A DNA stretch of 64,000 bases, taken from positions 10,230,001-10,294,000 of the forward strand of contig CM022672.1 of the NCBI GenBank assembly GCA_012295275.1. The letters are read 5' to 3'. Both the position numbers and the translations under genes were made by a program. The first letter of the stretch is position 1, and each line of letters starts with the position of its first letter. Below, piece after piece: positions 25,722-40,150 of this stretch. Source of the stretch: Chrysomallon squamiferum. Taxonomy: Eukaryota > Animalia > Mollusca. Under the pieces are notes generated by a model that saw only the letters and a program-made list of their open reading frames with translations, ran no database searches and was not told the DNA's origin.

Positions 25722-28700
25722 TTTTATTATTTTTCTTTTGAAATTAAAATTTGCTGTGCAGAGGTTAAAGAATTATACAAAGTTTTGTTGTTTAAATTTT
25801 CCATAAATGATGTTTTTAGATATTTCCAGAAGACATACAAATTCTTCTGAGATTTACTGAATAAATATTTTTTTAAATGTTTTATATTTATAAATAATCA
25901 AAATAACTACAACAAAAAAAAAACCAAAAAAACCCCCAACCCTAGCAAAATGAATGAATTTATTTTGATTTTTTCAATTCTAATATTTAAAAGCGTATCA
26001 CTGAAATTAATTTTGTAAATTTCCTTTTTGCAGAGCCTTTGCCTGAAACTGCTAAAACACCATTAACTATTTTGGAACACTTGGCTGCCACTGTGGACTA
26101 TGAAGAGTGTGTAAAGGAGAGTCTGGGACGTCTGTTGGAATTGTTCAAAGACGAGGATAACATTGTACTCGGAGACCACAGCAAGCGACTCATTGCATAC
26201 TCCATGACCAACAACATGACTGATGAGCTTGTTCAGATTATTGGATTAGATGTCCTTTGCAGTCTCGTTTTATGTGGTAATTACATCAGATTTGTCACAA
26301 CTGCATTAATTTAGAGTAGATTTGTTAATACATTATCATGCCTGCATTAGTTTAAAATCTGTTTGTTAATAAATGATAATATTTCAATTAGTTTAAGACA
26401 GATTTATTAATATGTTATTATATTTATGTTAGATTAAGATAGATTTGTTAATAACTCACTTTAGTTTAATGTAAACTTGTTAATATGTTATTTTAACTCA
26501 CATTAGATTAAGTTGACTTGTTAATGTTATTTTAACTCACTTTATGTTAAGATAGACTTGTTAATATGTTATTTTAACTCACATTAGTTTAAAGTAAACT
26601 TGTTAATAAGTTATTATACTTGTATTAATTTAAAATCAATGAGTTTGTTATACCAGTACCAATATTTACTGACTGATTATTTATAATGAGTTGATCGATA
26701 CCAGTAACCAAATTCAGATACTCATACAAATTGATCCAGACAAGAATTTGTGTTGTTTTCTGTTTTTTTTTTTATCAGCAACAAATTTACATTTGAATTT
26801 TGAATTTGGTAGAAGCTTCATGAATGTTTATATATTTGGTAAAATTTGAAAACTGTAAATGTAATGGATTAAAACATTTTTTTAAACTAATATCATAATT
26901 ACATTTGATTGCAGATTTAAAATAAAATAATTTTAGTGTGTTCTGATTTTTATTTTATGGATGTCTTTTTTATTGTATTTTTAGCAAAGTCTGGAGATGT
27001 TTTATTTACAGATGAAATAATTCAAGTGATTCCAAAGGCTATGAAGGTTTAAATATTTATTTATTCATTTATAAATTTAAATCCATTCGGTTTGTAATGT
27101 TTTTAAATGTTTAACATAGCATTTCATTTAAGTGTCTTGGTTTTTTGATTATTTGTTATTAGTTAAAAATATTGAAATGGAAAAGAAAGAAAGAAATGAT
27201 TTAATGAGTAATAAATGCCACATTTTTGATGACTGGTGTTTAGTCCTGCTCTTTTAATGAAGTAATATTCAGTAACATGTTTGTGTATCAGTATTTATTA
27301 CTGAGATAGTGATTATGTAATGGCATCTTCAACAACCAATCTGCCAGCTATTTTAACTGATTAGCAACAGAGACTATTTTAGATTTACCTTCTCATAAAC
27401 TTCTATATACATCACAGCTGAAACTGAAAAATATCCTGAGTAATCAACAGAACCAAGCTGGTGACAGCCTTAAAATAATGTTGAATGTAGTAGTTAATCA
27501 ACATCTTTTCACTTTTAAAAAAATATATATATAAATACTGTTTATTTTCATTAAAAATGTTATCAGTTTAATAATTATTAAAATGTTTATGTTGTACTCT
27601 CATATTTTTTTCAGACTTACCCAGGCAACATTGAATTGCAACAGTCAGGGATAACACTGATGATGGCCTTAGGAGCTGAGAGTAAGAATATCTAAACAGT
27701 TTAATTTTCAGCTGATCATCTGTAATTATTTTGTTATTGTTTTATAATACTAAGTTAATTCCACTGACCAATATTGATTTTACTTTGTTTATTTTTTGCA
27801 TTTTTCAAATATCCATAATTTTTATGATGAAATTGTTTTAAATGATGGGATAATATATTCCGGTAAATGCAAATAGGTACGAAACTAAACAATAAAAATA
27901 TTATTAAAAATATACATACAGTAACAGATTATATTTTATTTATTTATTTATTTATTTTTTTAAATTTTTAAATTTTTAAATTTTAAATTTTTTTTTATTA
28001 TGTTTTTTATTTTATTTTATTTTATTTTATTTTATTTTATTTTTATTACCCAGAATCTTTTTCTTTTTTTCTGCTCCTAAGTGATCAGTCAAAGGAAAAT
28101 GTAATTTCTGTGAAATCTGTTCTTGTTTTTTTTCACATTAATGTCTTGTTTTGCAAAAGGTCTCTTCATTATTCTTATTTACAGAGAAAGCCTGTGATAT
28201 TATTGGCGAGTTGGATGGAATCAGACTGATAGTGAATGCCATGAAGAGGAAGCCTGAGAAATGTCCTCTCATGACTGCATGTTGTAATGCTCTCTGGACT
28301 CTTGCTGTCTCTAGTACATACACGTTTCTTATACACTTTCAAATAATTTTATATTGAGAAACTATTATTCTATTTTGTCATTTGTTTCCATCCTAAAAAG
28401 TTGATTTATAAATAGAAAAATGCTTTTGTAACTTATTAGGTTATTGCTACTCTGGAGAAAACAAATATTCACTTGTATTAGAATTATTTATTTTTTAGTT
28501 TAAATAATGGTTATAAAGAGGCTTAATTTCTAAATATTTTTGTTTATAATTGTTTAACTGCAGAGATTATTATTGTCATTTTATTTACTGTAAATGTCAG
28601 ATGATTGTTTTAGACTGACAGTATACAAATTTAAAAGTCTATATTATGTTATCTAACATTTAATTGTGAAATACTGTTTATGTCAGAGGACAACCTGTTG

Positions 28701-31700
28701 TCAGCATCAAAAGAAAAGGCCATTGTAGAAATAACAAAAGCTTTGAAGACTCACATTGCATCTCCAGAATTAGTAGAAGCAGCCTGTGCAGCCATTATTC
28801 CTCTGAGCCTTGACGGTTTGTTACAGTATTCTTGGTTATAAACATCTTCATCATTATGTTAAATTAATTGTTTTTTAGTTCATATGTCTGTCAATTTGTT
28901 TTTTTAACTTAGTGCAGAAGTCTGTTGTAAATATATTTTTCTCTCTCTCTCTCTCTCTTTTTTTTTTCTTAGTCTAATTTAAATTTAATGCAGCTATTTC
29001 TTTGAACATGCCAAATTATTTTGTTTAGTATGGATTTTATTTATCTATTTTTCAGATACAGTTTTTACATGTAGAACATGTAGTACATGTTTTGTAAGAG
29101 TTAGATATTTTAATTTAGAAATATTATTTAGAAACTATTCAGAGCTTATATTTATTTATTTTTCAAAGATTGGGCATATAGAACATTTTTTATTACAGTC
29201 AGACATTTTTTAGTAAGTTGATGGATGAATTCATATCAGGAACTGTTATTTAAAAACTATACATGAGTTTTATTTATTTATTTTTCAGAGATTATTTTCA
29301 CATGTAGAACATTTTTAGTTACAGACGACATATCAGGAATTGTTATTTAAAAAACAAGGGTTTTATCTATTTTTTAGAGACTATTTTCCCTTATGTTAAT
29401 GAAATGGACTTGGTTGGAGCTTTGATTGAAGCCTTAAACTTGCACACCAGAGTAGCAAAAGTGGTCAAAAATGGCTGCATGGCATTAGCTGGTCTTTGTG
29501 AGCCAAATGGTAAGAAAATAGGAAAAAACAATTATTTGATTATCATTTCTTATCTAATGTGTGTTTATTTCAGTAAATAAATATTTTGAATAGTCAGTGT
29601 ATTGAAATATTATTAATAGTTGTCATTGTGATTCATATTGCAGAGGTTGTAGTAGCAGTAGTAATAATAATAATAATACTCTTCTTAGAAGTAGACCTAC
29701 TAATAGTATAGTGGTGATGTTGCTATAGTTGCTGTCATAGCCATTATAGTCATATAGTTGTTGTCTTAGCAGTTATAGTAATAGTAGAATATTACTGCTA
29801 CTACTACCATTATTATTATTATTATTCCTCCTCATGATCAATATTAAAATCTGCATTTTATTTCTCAATACATTTTCACTTGCAGAAGAATGTGCCTATC
29901 GTATACTAGCTGGTGATAATCCTGAGGTTGAAAGCATAGGAGGTATTCCAGTTGTAATGAAAGCCTATGAAATCCACAAAGACAATGCAGAAGTGGTAGA
30001 AGCCATCGTCAATCTGGTCAAGGAACTCACAGAGTATGGTAGGTATTTTCAACAACACATAACTGGGCTTTTTTCTCCATTATTCATAAAACATTGACTG
30101 TCCTAGGTATCTTAAGTCATTATGACTATCAGAAATGACAGTTTAAAATTTTCTTTATATAACTGTTCTTTTTCAAATTTTATTTATTATAAGTATTTTT
30201 TTTTATTAAATTAATTAATTTATTAATGGGTAAATTAATGAATTTATTTATATATTTATTTAATTTTAAAAATGATTAACATCCTTCTTTATTAACTGCT
30301 ATCAATCAACAATATAGTATTTAAATTTTTGTTAACATATATTGTTTTAAAATTGTTCTTTTACAAACATGAACTTGTGACATATTACTTTGTTTACTAG
30401 TTTTTCTTTTAAAAAAAAAAGAGTAATTCTACATAATCAGTAATTAGGATCATTTGAGACTTTAATTGAAAAAAAATTGCAACAATTCTGTCTGAAGAGT
30501 ATACAATAATGATCAGCATCCCAAAATTCCTTTCTAGATGATATATGCACAGATATGCACAGCCTCAAAGTCCCTAAAACATTGAAGCAAATAAGCATAA
30601 AATATGTTAAGGACAAGGTGAGATAGTAGATAGTAGGCTACTAACAAGGAGAATGATGCATAATCTTCTTTCATCTGATAATAGTTTTGTGTTATTTGCT
30701 GTATAAGTAGAAATTTAATTAATGCAAGAAGATATTTAAAAACATCCAGGACTTATTTGGGAAATTTATTTTCAGGAGGGTTATTTTGTATTAAAATACT
30801 TTTAACTTTTTAATCTGTTGCTAGAAAATAATGCAATTTTTTACTGTTGTAAGTAAATCACTAAACAGTCTTTGATCAAAAAGCTAAAATTGACAGAATT
30901 TGTTTTAAAAATTAATATCTCACATAAGCAGATATAAAACAGAATATTTGTACTTTGGATTGAGATGAATGGTAAACAAAATCAAGGAATATTAAATAAA
31001 TATTTTCAAGAAGATATTTTCACTGTTATCTTGGGGAGTAGACTTGTTTTCTCTTACTTGCAAAAAACACTAACAAATCTTGCTTTTACTGTGTGTGAAA
31101 CTGTGCTTCTGCTTATGTTACTAAATAAAACAAAGTTACAGTTATTAGATCTGTGCATTAAGAAGCATATAGCATGGCATGAATAATGGCTTATCAATAA
31201 CCTGGCTCTGAAATTGTTTTTATATGATGCACATATGCTTTTATTGATACTTCTTAGAGGAACAACTGACAATAAAATACAATAGAGTTTTAATAAAAGA
31301 ACAGATTGCCTATCACATTACAACCTAATTGTATTTAATAACCATATGTCATTTTTGTATTGACATATGAAAACCAATAAATACATTTGCCATCAAGTAC
31401 ATATTTTTGGGGATACCACTAAACTAGTTGTATTATTGACCATAATAAATTCATTATGATTTAAAATAAGTAAAATAATAAAGAAATAAATAAATGAAGA
31501 ATAATTATGATGATGGTGATGATCATCATTATCATGCTAATAATAATAATAATAAACAAAAAAATAAATTAAAAAACCAACACTGGAAAGTTAAATCAGA
31601 GAACTCTAAAGAACTAAAACATACCTATCATTCCATAATTTTTTTATAAAGTATAATTATTATTATTATTATTATGTTTTTTAATTAATTATTTCTAGAC

Positions 31701-32422
31701 TCCTGATTATCATTTTGCTTACTTTGTTTAAAACTTTATTATTTTACACTCTGAAGGTGAGAAGTATTTTTTTCATAATACTCTGTTCTCTTGCTTTTTA
31801 AAATATCTGCTGATCTTTGTGTTACGTTTGTGTGTGTGTGCTGAGTTTTTTATTTAATTTTCTATAACTAGATGACATTAAAGCAGAAATGAGGTATCTG
31901 AAAACTAGTGAAAAACTTCTTTTTGATGTTGTGAAACGTTTCAAAAACAATGCGGTAAGATGCATGTTGTTACAATACCATTTAACATCAGCATTTAGTT
32001 TCTACATATCATTTAATTTTGTCTTTGGTAATTCCATATTTTAGGCAGTTATAATTATCTTCTTTTCTTTTGTCATTAATTATAAATTAGACTGTATTTA
32101 TGGTTTGGTAAAATGTAGATAAATTGAATGTTTTATTTTTAATAGTAGTAATAGTATTGATACTAATATTTTGTTACTTTATTGTTGTTATTAGTATTAT
32201 TGTTGTTTTTGTTGTGTATGTAACAAGCCAAAAAAGACTATAAACATGACAGAAATATTTATTTTTGACACCTTTTAAAACAAAAAAAAAAAAAAAAATT
32301 ATTTGAATTTTATGTTACTAGGAATTAACAGATTTTTTATTTTTATTTATAAACATTAAAAAAAGAAAAAAAATTCTATTAACCATCAGTTTCATCATCT
32401 TTCTTCTTTTATTTTAAAAGAA

Positions 32423-32477
<55 letters not shown>

Positions 32478-32623
32478 CTGTATTGTAAAATAATTTAAAT
32501 AAATATTTGTCTTCCTCATTTCAGAATGTAACCAAGCCTTGTGAAGAGGCCATGAAAAAGATTGCTGAAGTAGAAAATAAGAAACAAAAGGAAAAAACAG
32601 TATCTGAGAAAGAAACAGAATAA
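20878..32623 (+). CDS. STKLD1: Serine/threonine kinase-like domain-containing protein STKLD1 (SgK071)-like: NEK-related kinase domain plus ARM-like repeats, about 658-659 aa
   Basis: Exons: 20878-20892, 20997-21083, 21370-21414, 21624-21698, 22200-22304, 22922-22992, 23433-23545, 24019-24212, 24933-25006, 25488-25591, 26034-26276, 26985-27046, 27615-27681, 28185-28313, 28687-28815, 29378-29509, 29886-30038, [30538-30617 or 31872-31954], 32525-32623 (TAA). Motifs: MENYE, YVLKMIECQDESAANTAFQEALALQKLNHPYI, YKEFFVLWD, FLCIVMDFY, HRDLNPSN, GDFA, YMAPEAL, SDLWSLGCVLFEM. ARM-like repeats follow (GIRLIVNAMKR...CCNALWTLA; VVKNGCMALAGL; GGIPVVMKAYEIH). The N-lobe motifs and the kinase+ARM architecture match STKLD1. 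Confidence 0.85.
26300..26640. repeat. Degenerate ~40-bp AT-rich minisatellite in an STKLD1-like intron
   Basis: Recurring unit similar to (aa/ga)cttgttaatatgttattttaactcacattagtttaa, about 7-8 diverged copies. Confidence 0.7.
30538..30617 (+). CDS. STKLD1: STKLD1-like alternative exon 18a (mutually exclusive)
   Basis: tttctag|ATGATATATGC...GACAAG|gtgaga; phase 1 to 0; encodes (D)DICTDMHSLKVPKTLKQISIKYVKDK. Confidence 0.75.
31872..31954 (+). CDS. STKLD1: STKLD1-like alternative exon 18b (mutually exclusive)
   Basis: aactag|ATGACATTAAA...AATGCG|gtaaga; phase 1 to 0; encodes (D)DIKAEMRYLKTSEKLLFDVVKRFKNNA. Confidence 0.75.
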
Positions 32624-34807
32624 TTCTTATATTATTATTATTATTTTTTACATCCTGTGTATTAATCATTCTAGATGTTTGAGTGGACTTTTTATGTTGC
32701 CAAGTTTAAGAAACATTCATTAAAAATAATATAATATATGGATAAACATACAAAAACATATCTTTTCTTTGTGTGGAAATTTCAAACAGTGATGTATTGT
32801 CAAAAGATAAGAGCCAAATTATGTTAGTAAGCATATATATATATGAATTTTATCTATCTTGATACTTATTCACCATAGTTCTGCTGTTTTTCAACATAAA
32901 GATTTTATAGAATTTAACAAACACATCTTCATAACCTTTTTGCTGCTGTTTTATTTTTGATGTTATAAACAATATTTCATTTCTTACCTCAACTTAATAA
33001 CAACTTATGGTTTTTATTTATGGGTTTTAGTCGGAAACATATTTAATTTTGTGAAGACAATGATGACAATTCCCATCATCATTCTTCTTTTTATGTTTTC
33101 TATTTAATTAATTAGTGTTTTTAATGAATTCATTAATGGTTTGTTATCCAAGCTTTCTGTGATATTAGTATTTTGTTTTTTATTTCATTTATTTGATTCT
33201 TTATATATTTTTATTTTATTATTGTTAACATTGTTTTATCATTAAACCTCATTGGCATAATGAAGTCATCACGTTCTTTGATTAAAAAAATACTGTATAT
33301 AATACCTGGGTGCCATGTTTGAAATTAGTTTTGTTTCTAAAACAGAAGTCTGGATAAATCTTAACTAACAGTAAGAAGTCAGAAAATGTCATTAAAACAT
33401 TTTTTATTTTATAAAGAAGTCATGAAATTTTTTCTAAAATTAAACTGAAGTCATTACAGTTTTGAGCATATGTTTTTATATTTTATGTGTATTTTCTTAT
33501 ATTGTTGATTTTTTACCTGCATATCGAAATCACAGTAATTCTGTTCTTGTATTGCATAACAAAAATCACTGCATCTTTCTGATGAAATTATCATAAGAAA
33601 TCTTGATCCAGTTCATCGTAAAATATGTGCAGAATATATTATAATGTGCATGCTTTTATAAAGATTTAAAAATAAATAAATAAATAATTTTGACCCTTAA
33701 TCTTTTACCAGGTAGAATTCATTTTACATTTGCATACGGATACAAGTTATCTTTCACATAGAAATATCATGAAAATATCTGCTTCATGACAGTAATATAA
33801 TCCCTTTCATAACTTCATCATTTTGAAATGCAGTAAATATTTTTTCATCCAGTTTTGGGATGATGTTGCAAAGAAGTAATATTTCCTATGTAGAAGTCTC
33901 AACAAACATCATTTTAACTACAGTGGAAATGATATAAACACAAACTTTATATTTCAACATTTTTAAAATGTTGAAATACTTTATTCATATATTAATTTCA
34001 TATTATATTTTTCTTTAAAAATGGCCTAAATATATATATATATATATTTCCTAATGGTTGATGATTATATTATAGCAAATGACAAAGCTTCTGATGATGC
34101 ACAAATACATACATTTCCCGTTTTGCTATGTTCATATAATTGTCTTTATATGTATATAGATGTATCTATATATCTAGATCTAGATCTATATCTATGTAAA
34201 TTGTATGATAATGTTTATGCAGTTTCTGTAAAAATAAAATTTACAGACAGAACTACTAGCATTAAACAGATATAAAATATAACAAACATAGTAAAATATA
34301 AATATAATAATCATAAATAATTTTAATAATAATAGTGAATATACAATAAACATCTACTGGTCATTTAACATGTTACGTGATAATGAAATGAAAATGATTA
34401 AGGCTAATATCTGAGGATGCATTGCGATGTAAGAAAATTCCTTTATAGACTGAGTAAATTATTGCAGCCCAGTTAACGTTATTAGTCTTTCTTTCTTTCT
34501 TTTCTATTCCTGTTACAACTGAAAGGAAAATACCAGTTCCTGAGCAGCCTTACAAGCTTACTATTTTATTATCATACTTTTTTATTAACAGAGTTTGGCC
34601 ACGATAAGTTTTGAACAATTTAATGTGAACGTGGCTACGTTTTAATACATGCCTGTGATATAACCGAGATTGTGATATTTTAAAGTGTTACCTCTGTGTT
34701 TTGTATTTGATTAATTATATTCATTGTTTCATGAGTTTTATATTTTACGTGTGCATCTTTTCAGTACTAAATAAAATCTAATGAAAAACTGCATGATGTC
34801 GGTTATT

Positions 34808-34900
<93 letters not shown>

Positions 34901-35945
34901 CTGTATCTGTCTCTGTCTCTGTCTCTCTCTCTGGGCGTGTGTTTCTCTTTCTCTTTTGGGTACGGATCCAAAACATCTTCAAGATAAAATGACTTTTCAA
35001 TTTGATGGAGAAAATAGCTTATGTCAAAGAATGGTTTCCATTACTATAATAAATTTAATTTAAATTTCTACCACTTATATCTGTTTAATATAAAATGAAT
35101 ATTTATAACCACTATATTTTTGTTTAATTAAAATGAATATCGTATTTCAGATAAAATGTAATTATAACGAAACATCCTCTCAAACCATTAAACAACTACA
35201 AGTTAAAAATACGGTTAACAACCATCGAAGACCAAAATGCAAAATATAAAAAAAGGAAGAGAATGAATAAGAAAAACAAACGAAGCACACATTGGAGAAA
35301 ATTTGGAATATTACTTTTTAGTTTCTGGTTTTGTCAGTAAATGGAATCTTAAGACGTCACTCTGTCGATAGACGGCGGTGTCAGAACCATAACTGCGAGT
35401 GTGTCACGTATGGATTTATTCAGATCGGAATCTGATTACTTTGCACCAGGCAGGGGCAACCGTTTTCGAGACTTGGCTCATCCTCAGGCGGGCCGCAGTT
35501 ACTAATTTAGGCGATTTTTGTGTTTTTACGTACAGTTTATTTTAAGACATTTTTCATTTTCATTTACTTCAGAAACTGTTATAATAACAATAAAAAATTA
35601 CGTGTGTTTTAGTATATTAGTAGACTTACAAAATAGACTTAATTAATAAAATTTGAATTAATTTTATTTTCGTTGTGAAATTAGGCGGGCCACTCAGAAA
35701 GTCGCGCGGGTCGCATACTCAGTCCATCTCGATACACTCTGAACGTCATGTGACAGTTCGGAAGTTGTTGGCGCCTTATACATTCAATAATATCAGTATC
35801 ATTACAGTGAATTATAAAGTTAAAATCTGGTGAGTGTGTATAGGTTCCATGTTAAAATTTACTTAATAAGTTATATCAACATAAGACCATTTGTTGTGAA
35901 AGCAAAGATTTTACATCAATTTAAATACCGGATACATAGTAAGAA

Positions 35946-35991
<46 letters not shown>

Positions 35992-36036
35992 ATAAAATAG
36001 AATGCATTTTTAAATTTTAATATCTTCTTTCCAGAC

Positions 36037-36074
<38 letters not shown>

Positions 36075-36544
36075 GGCACTATTATCCAAAAATTTAATCT
36101 TCTTGTTTATAAATTAATTTAAAAATACTTGTTTATTATTATTATTATTATTTTTGTCTTAGTGATGAATAAATATATTTCTGTGTCTCCGTCTTGTTTT
36201 GTTCCTTCTATGATAGAACCATCTCTCAGCTTCAAATTTCTTTCTTGTAATTTAATACTACCAAACAAATATGAGGTTAATTTAATAAATGGAAACAATA
36301 TAAGGTCAATTTAAATACCAGAGCTACAACAAGATAATATAGATTGCTTCTACAAAACAGTGTGAAATTTATAATTTGTTTTTCATTTTTCGTTTCTGTC
36401 TCGCTCTCTATCTTTTTCTCTTTTTTTTTTCTTTCTTCAAAAAAATAAATAAATAAATAAATAAAAAAATAAATAAAAAAAATATATATATATATAAATA
36501 AAAAAATAAAAAAATATATATTAAATAAATAAATAAAAAAATAA

Positions 36545-36581
<37 letters not shown>

Positions 36582-38201
36582 GAATGGATATCTTTTGTAT
36601 CTTAAATTTATGTATTTTTTTTATTATTTATTTATTTATTTATTTATTTACTTTCAGTTATTGTTTTAACAGCAGGTATCCAAAGATAAAAAAATCTCTA
36701 ATAAAAAAAAAAAAAAAAAAAAAAAAAAATTCTTTAAAATAATTAATCGCGTGTATCTGAACACTTCAGTAGGTTAATACCATTAACGACAAAGACGTAT
36801 TTATTTATTTCTCTCCATTCTTTCTCGACCACGACGCGTGAAAGAAGTCATCTTTCCCGAAAGCTTTCACAGTGATGGATTTTTCTAGCTCTGCTGATGT
36901 CTGCTTCAGTGGAATTTACACACAGACCCACTTTGGTAAATACAGCCGCTTCACAGAAAGACGCTAACAAGACAAGCGTTTGGCAGAACGCATCTTGACA
37001 CTTGCCTCTGACAATTATCGACCGACAGTTTAATGAAAAACTGAATGGAAAGGAGGGAGGGGGGAAATACTAAGATGACCAATATAAAGAAAGAACGAAT
37101 GCGAAAAAGAAAAAGAAAAAAATAATAATAATAAAAGAAGAAGAGACGAGATTGAAATTTGATGCTTTACTCTTCATGTATACATTTTTGCTGATTAAGT
37201 TAATCGGCCATTTTGAAATTGAGTTTTCACGCTGAACTCGTAATAAAATGTAATCACTCTGAAAAAAAACAAAGTCTGTATTGGTGTGTGTGTGTGGGTG
37301 TGAAAGAGAAAGAGAGATTTAGCAAGAAAATAATTTAGTCTTTTAGTCCTTGTCAATATTAATGACCGACGAAACAGTATTTACAAATAATGTTATTTTA
37401 TTACGTGAAACTGTCGTTAACGTCACTTTAAATTATTACAATCTTTGTCATTTTCTGCATCCACAAAGGATATCACACTTAGTAACCGACAAAAGCACTT
37501 GATCAACTTTCTCGGATAAAAACTGCACTGTCTGATAAAGAAACAAAACAAAATCCTCCTTTGAGCACTTTTCGCAAACTTGTCTTTATTAGAAGTAAAC
37601 GGAACTCAAAAGAAAACTTAATCTTAGCCAATCAGAGCCTAGACTGTAGTAATCGTTTAAATACAATATGTTTCGTGTTACAGAACTCATACTGAAAACG
37701 GCTAAAAGTCTTCATTCACAATCAAAGGCAAAGTAAAGCCATCCATCAGGATAATTAATTTCCTCCGACATATTTTGCTGCACCGTCGCGTGGCTTTGAC
37801 AAATGAACGTTTCGTGTTGGCAATTATCTTAGATTAAAAACATCGGAACGTAAGAAACTGTTGCTTGATTTAGATCTCGGTTCACTTTGTGTTATTTCAG
37901 ATGACCATCATTAGAATTTCTCTTTAAAGAAGAAGTCGGCATTAACTCTGTTTTAGCGCACAGAAGGTCCTAAGTTCCCGATCCCGAATCTAATCAGGCA
38001 CGATTCCGATAAGCGCCTATTTGACTACACGATTTAAAATTACCTTCCTGGGTTTTCAGACATATAATGGCTGCTCTGTGTATTTGACCGGCAAATATTC
38101 TTATTGATTTTAGTGCTGGTATTGCAGAATCGTATTTCATTTTGAGTGTTTGAGGAAGAAAGAGAGAGAGAAAAAAGAAAGAGAAGGTGAGATAAGTGGT
38201 G

Positions 38202-38309
<108 letters not shown>

Positions 38310-38573
38310 ATTTCTGAAATAGAGAGAAATACAGAGAATGACAAAGAAAAAAGAATAAATGTGATAAATCAAAATTCGAAAACGAACAGTTATTTACATA
38401 TATTTTTGTAGATAAGACAAGTCTTTATATATTAAATATAACCACATAAAATATATTAATCTAAAATTTAAAGTCATTTATAACTCATGGCAGTTTTAAA
38501 GAGAAAAGAAAAAAATCCACTTCCATCCAGTCCATGCATGGGCTACTGTTCCAGAAAGCAGCAGAGGTGTGTA

Positions 38574-38624
<51 letters not shown>

Positions 38625-39230
38625 CAGACACACATACATACACACACGCACGCGCGGACATATGCACCTTCCCATAAGCTGCAAAATACCTATTACAGCC
38701 TTTGTTACATTATTAACTCAAAAATACAATAACACAGCAACTGATCTCAAAACAGCGATCTATCCAGCATTCTTTAGTCAGCAGTCATATGAAACTCGTC
38801 ATAAAACTGACTCATTTGATGCGATCGGGAATGTTGATCTGCATGCTGCAGTCCAGCTCCGACTCTAACGCTCAGATTAATTAAACACTCAGACCAGGCA
38901 AATTAAATGTTTGAAATATTTGACTACCATTGTTAGTTTACTTGTAGTTCACTTGAGTTCCAGCCATAAATCATAAACCTAAATAAACATTACTAATCAT
39001 GCTTAATTAAGCCAGTCCTGTTAGAATAATACTCACTGAATATAGATTTACAGGACAAAATCGATATTATATAAAAAAGAAAGAATTTAGGCTGTAATTT
39101 AACTGTAATGATCTGAAATTTGAATCGTGTATGGTCAATCCATCCTTTCGCCTAAAGCACGCTTATAACTATTACTGTTGTAGATGTATATACTAATGAC
39201 GTGAGGAAACCTTAAATTGATTACTGAATA

Positions 39231-40150
39231 CATGGCCACGCTCTTCGTGTTGTCATCACTAGGGATACCAGTTGCATCGTGTCAGATGTTGACCCGGGAC
39301 TGTGTCATCACATGGGCAAGCTATCACAAGACCATTTTGCAGTTAGCTTCAAAACCAACATAACCAAACCTGCTCTGTGCTCAAGGTACAGAATGACATT
39401 CTTCAGTCCACGGATACAGGTTATGTGACTGTGCTCGCTCATCTCGACCTGTCTGCTGCGTTTGACACCATCGACTATTCTGTATCACTCCGACGTCTTG
39501 AACATCACTTCGGTATCTCCGGTAGACTATTAGCCTAGATGAAGTCATACCTCTGACAGGTAGGTGTCAGACTGTGTGTGTTAATGGTCAACACATCTGC
39601 ATGTAGATTACAGTGTATCCCAGGGATCCGTTCCAGGCCCGAAGAACTACGTTTTGTGTGCCAAACCACTTGGCGATATCATCAGAGACCATCAAATGCA
39701 GCACCATTTCTATGCTGATGACACACGGTTATTCCTGGCATTCAAATCAAGAAATGGTTTCATTCAACAAGAAGCACTGGCCTGCATCGAAAGGTGCCTC
39801 AAAGACATCGAGATCTGGTTGCACTTCAACACTCTGAAACTAAATGATGTCAAGACCGAGGTGATGATTTTCACTTCTAAACATAACTCAAAGGACGATG
39901 ACTCCTATATCAATTTCTGTTGGTGATGCCTCCATAACTTTGGTACCATGTGAGAGAAATCCTCGTGTTATGTTTGAACCTACAATGATTATGGAGCATC
40001 AAATGAATGGAATATGTCGGCAAAGCTATATTCAACTCTGGAAGGTCTATAGAATCAGGCAGTATCTGACCAGTGATGCCACAAAACACTGGTGAATGGA
40101 CTTGTGATGGCGTCACGACTGGACTATTGCGGTGGATACTTACAAGGTTG
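39231..40150 (+). mobile_element. Decayed, internally deleted non-LTR retrotransposon (L2/CR1-group LINE ORF2 remnant)
   Basis: The APE-endonuclease C-terminal motif (HGHALRVVITR...DPGL...DHFAV) is followed by RT motifs: KVQNDILQS, LDLSAAFDTID, degenerate (G)xPQGSV, HHFYADDTRLF, WLHFNTLKLNDVKTE and SRLDYC. Stops and frameshifts are present. Confidence 0.9.

Noticed and set aside
30965-31186. ORF between the two alternative STKLD1-like exons as a third variant
   Set aside because: No similarity to the DDIxxxMxxLK exons and no convincing splice sites in the right phase.
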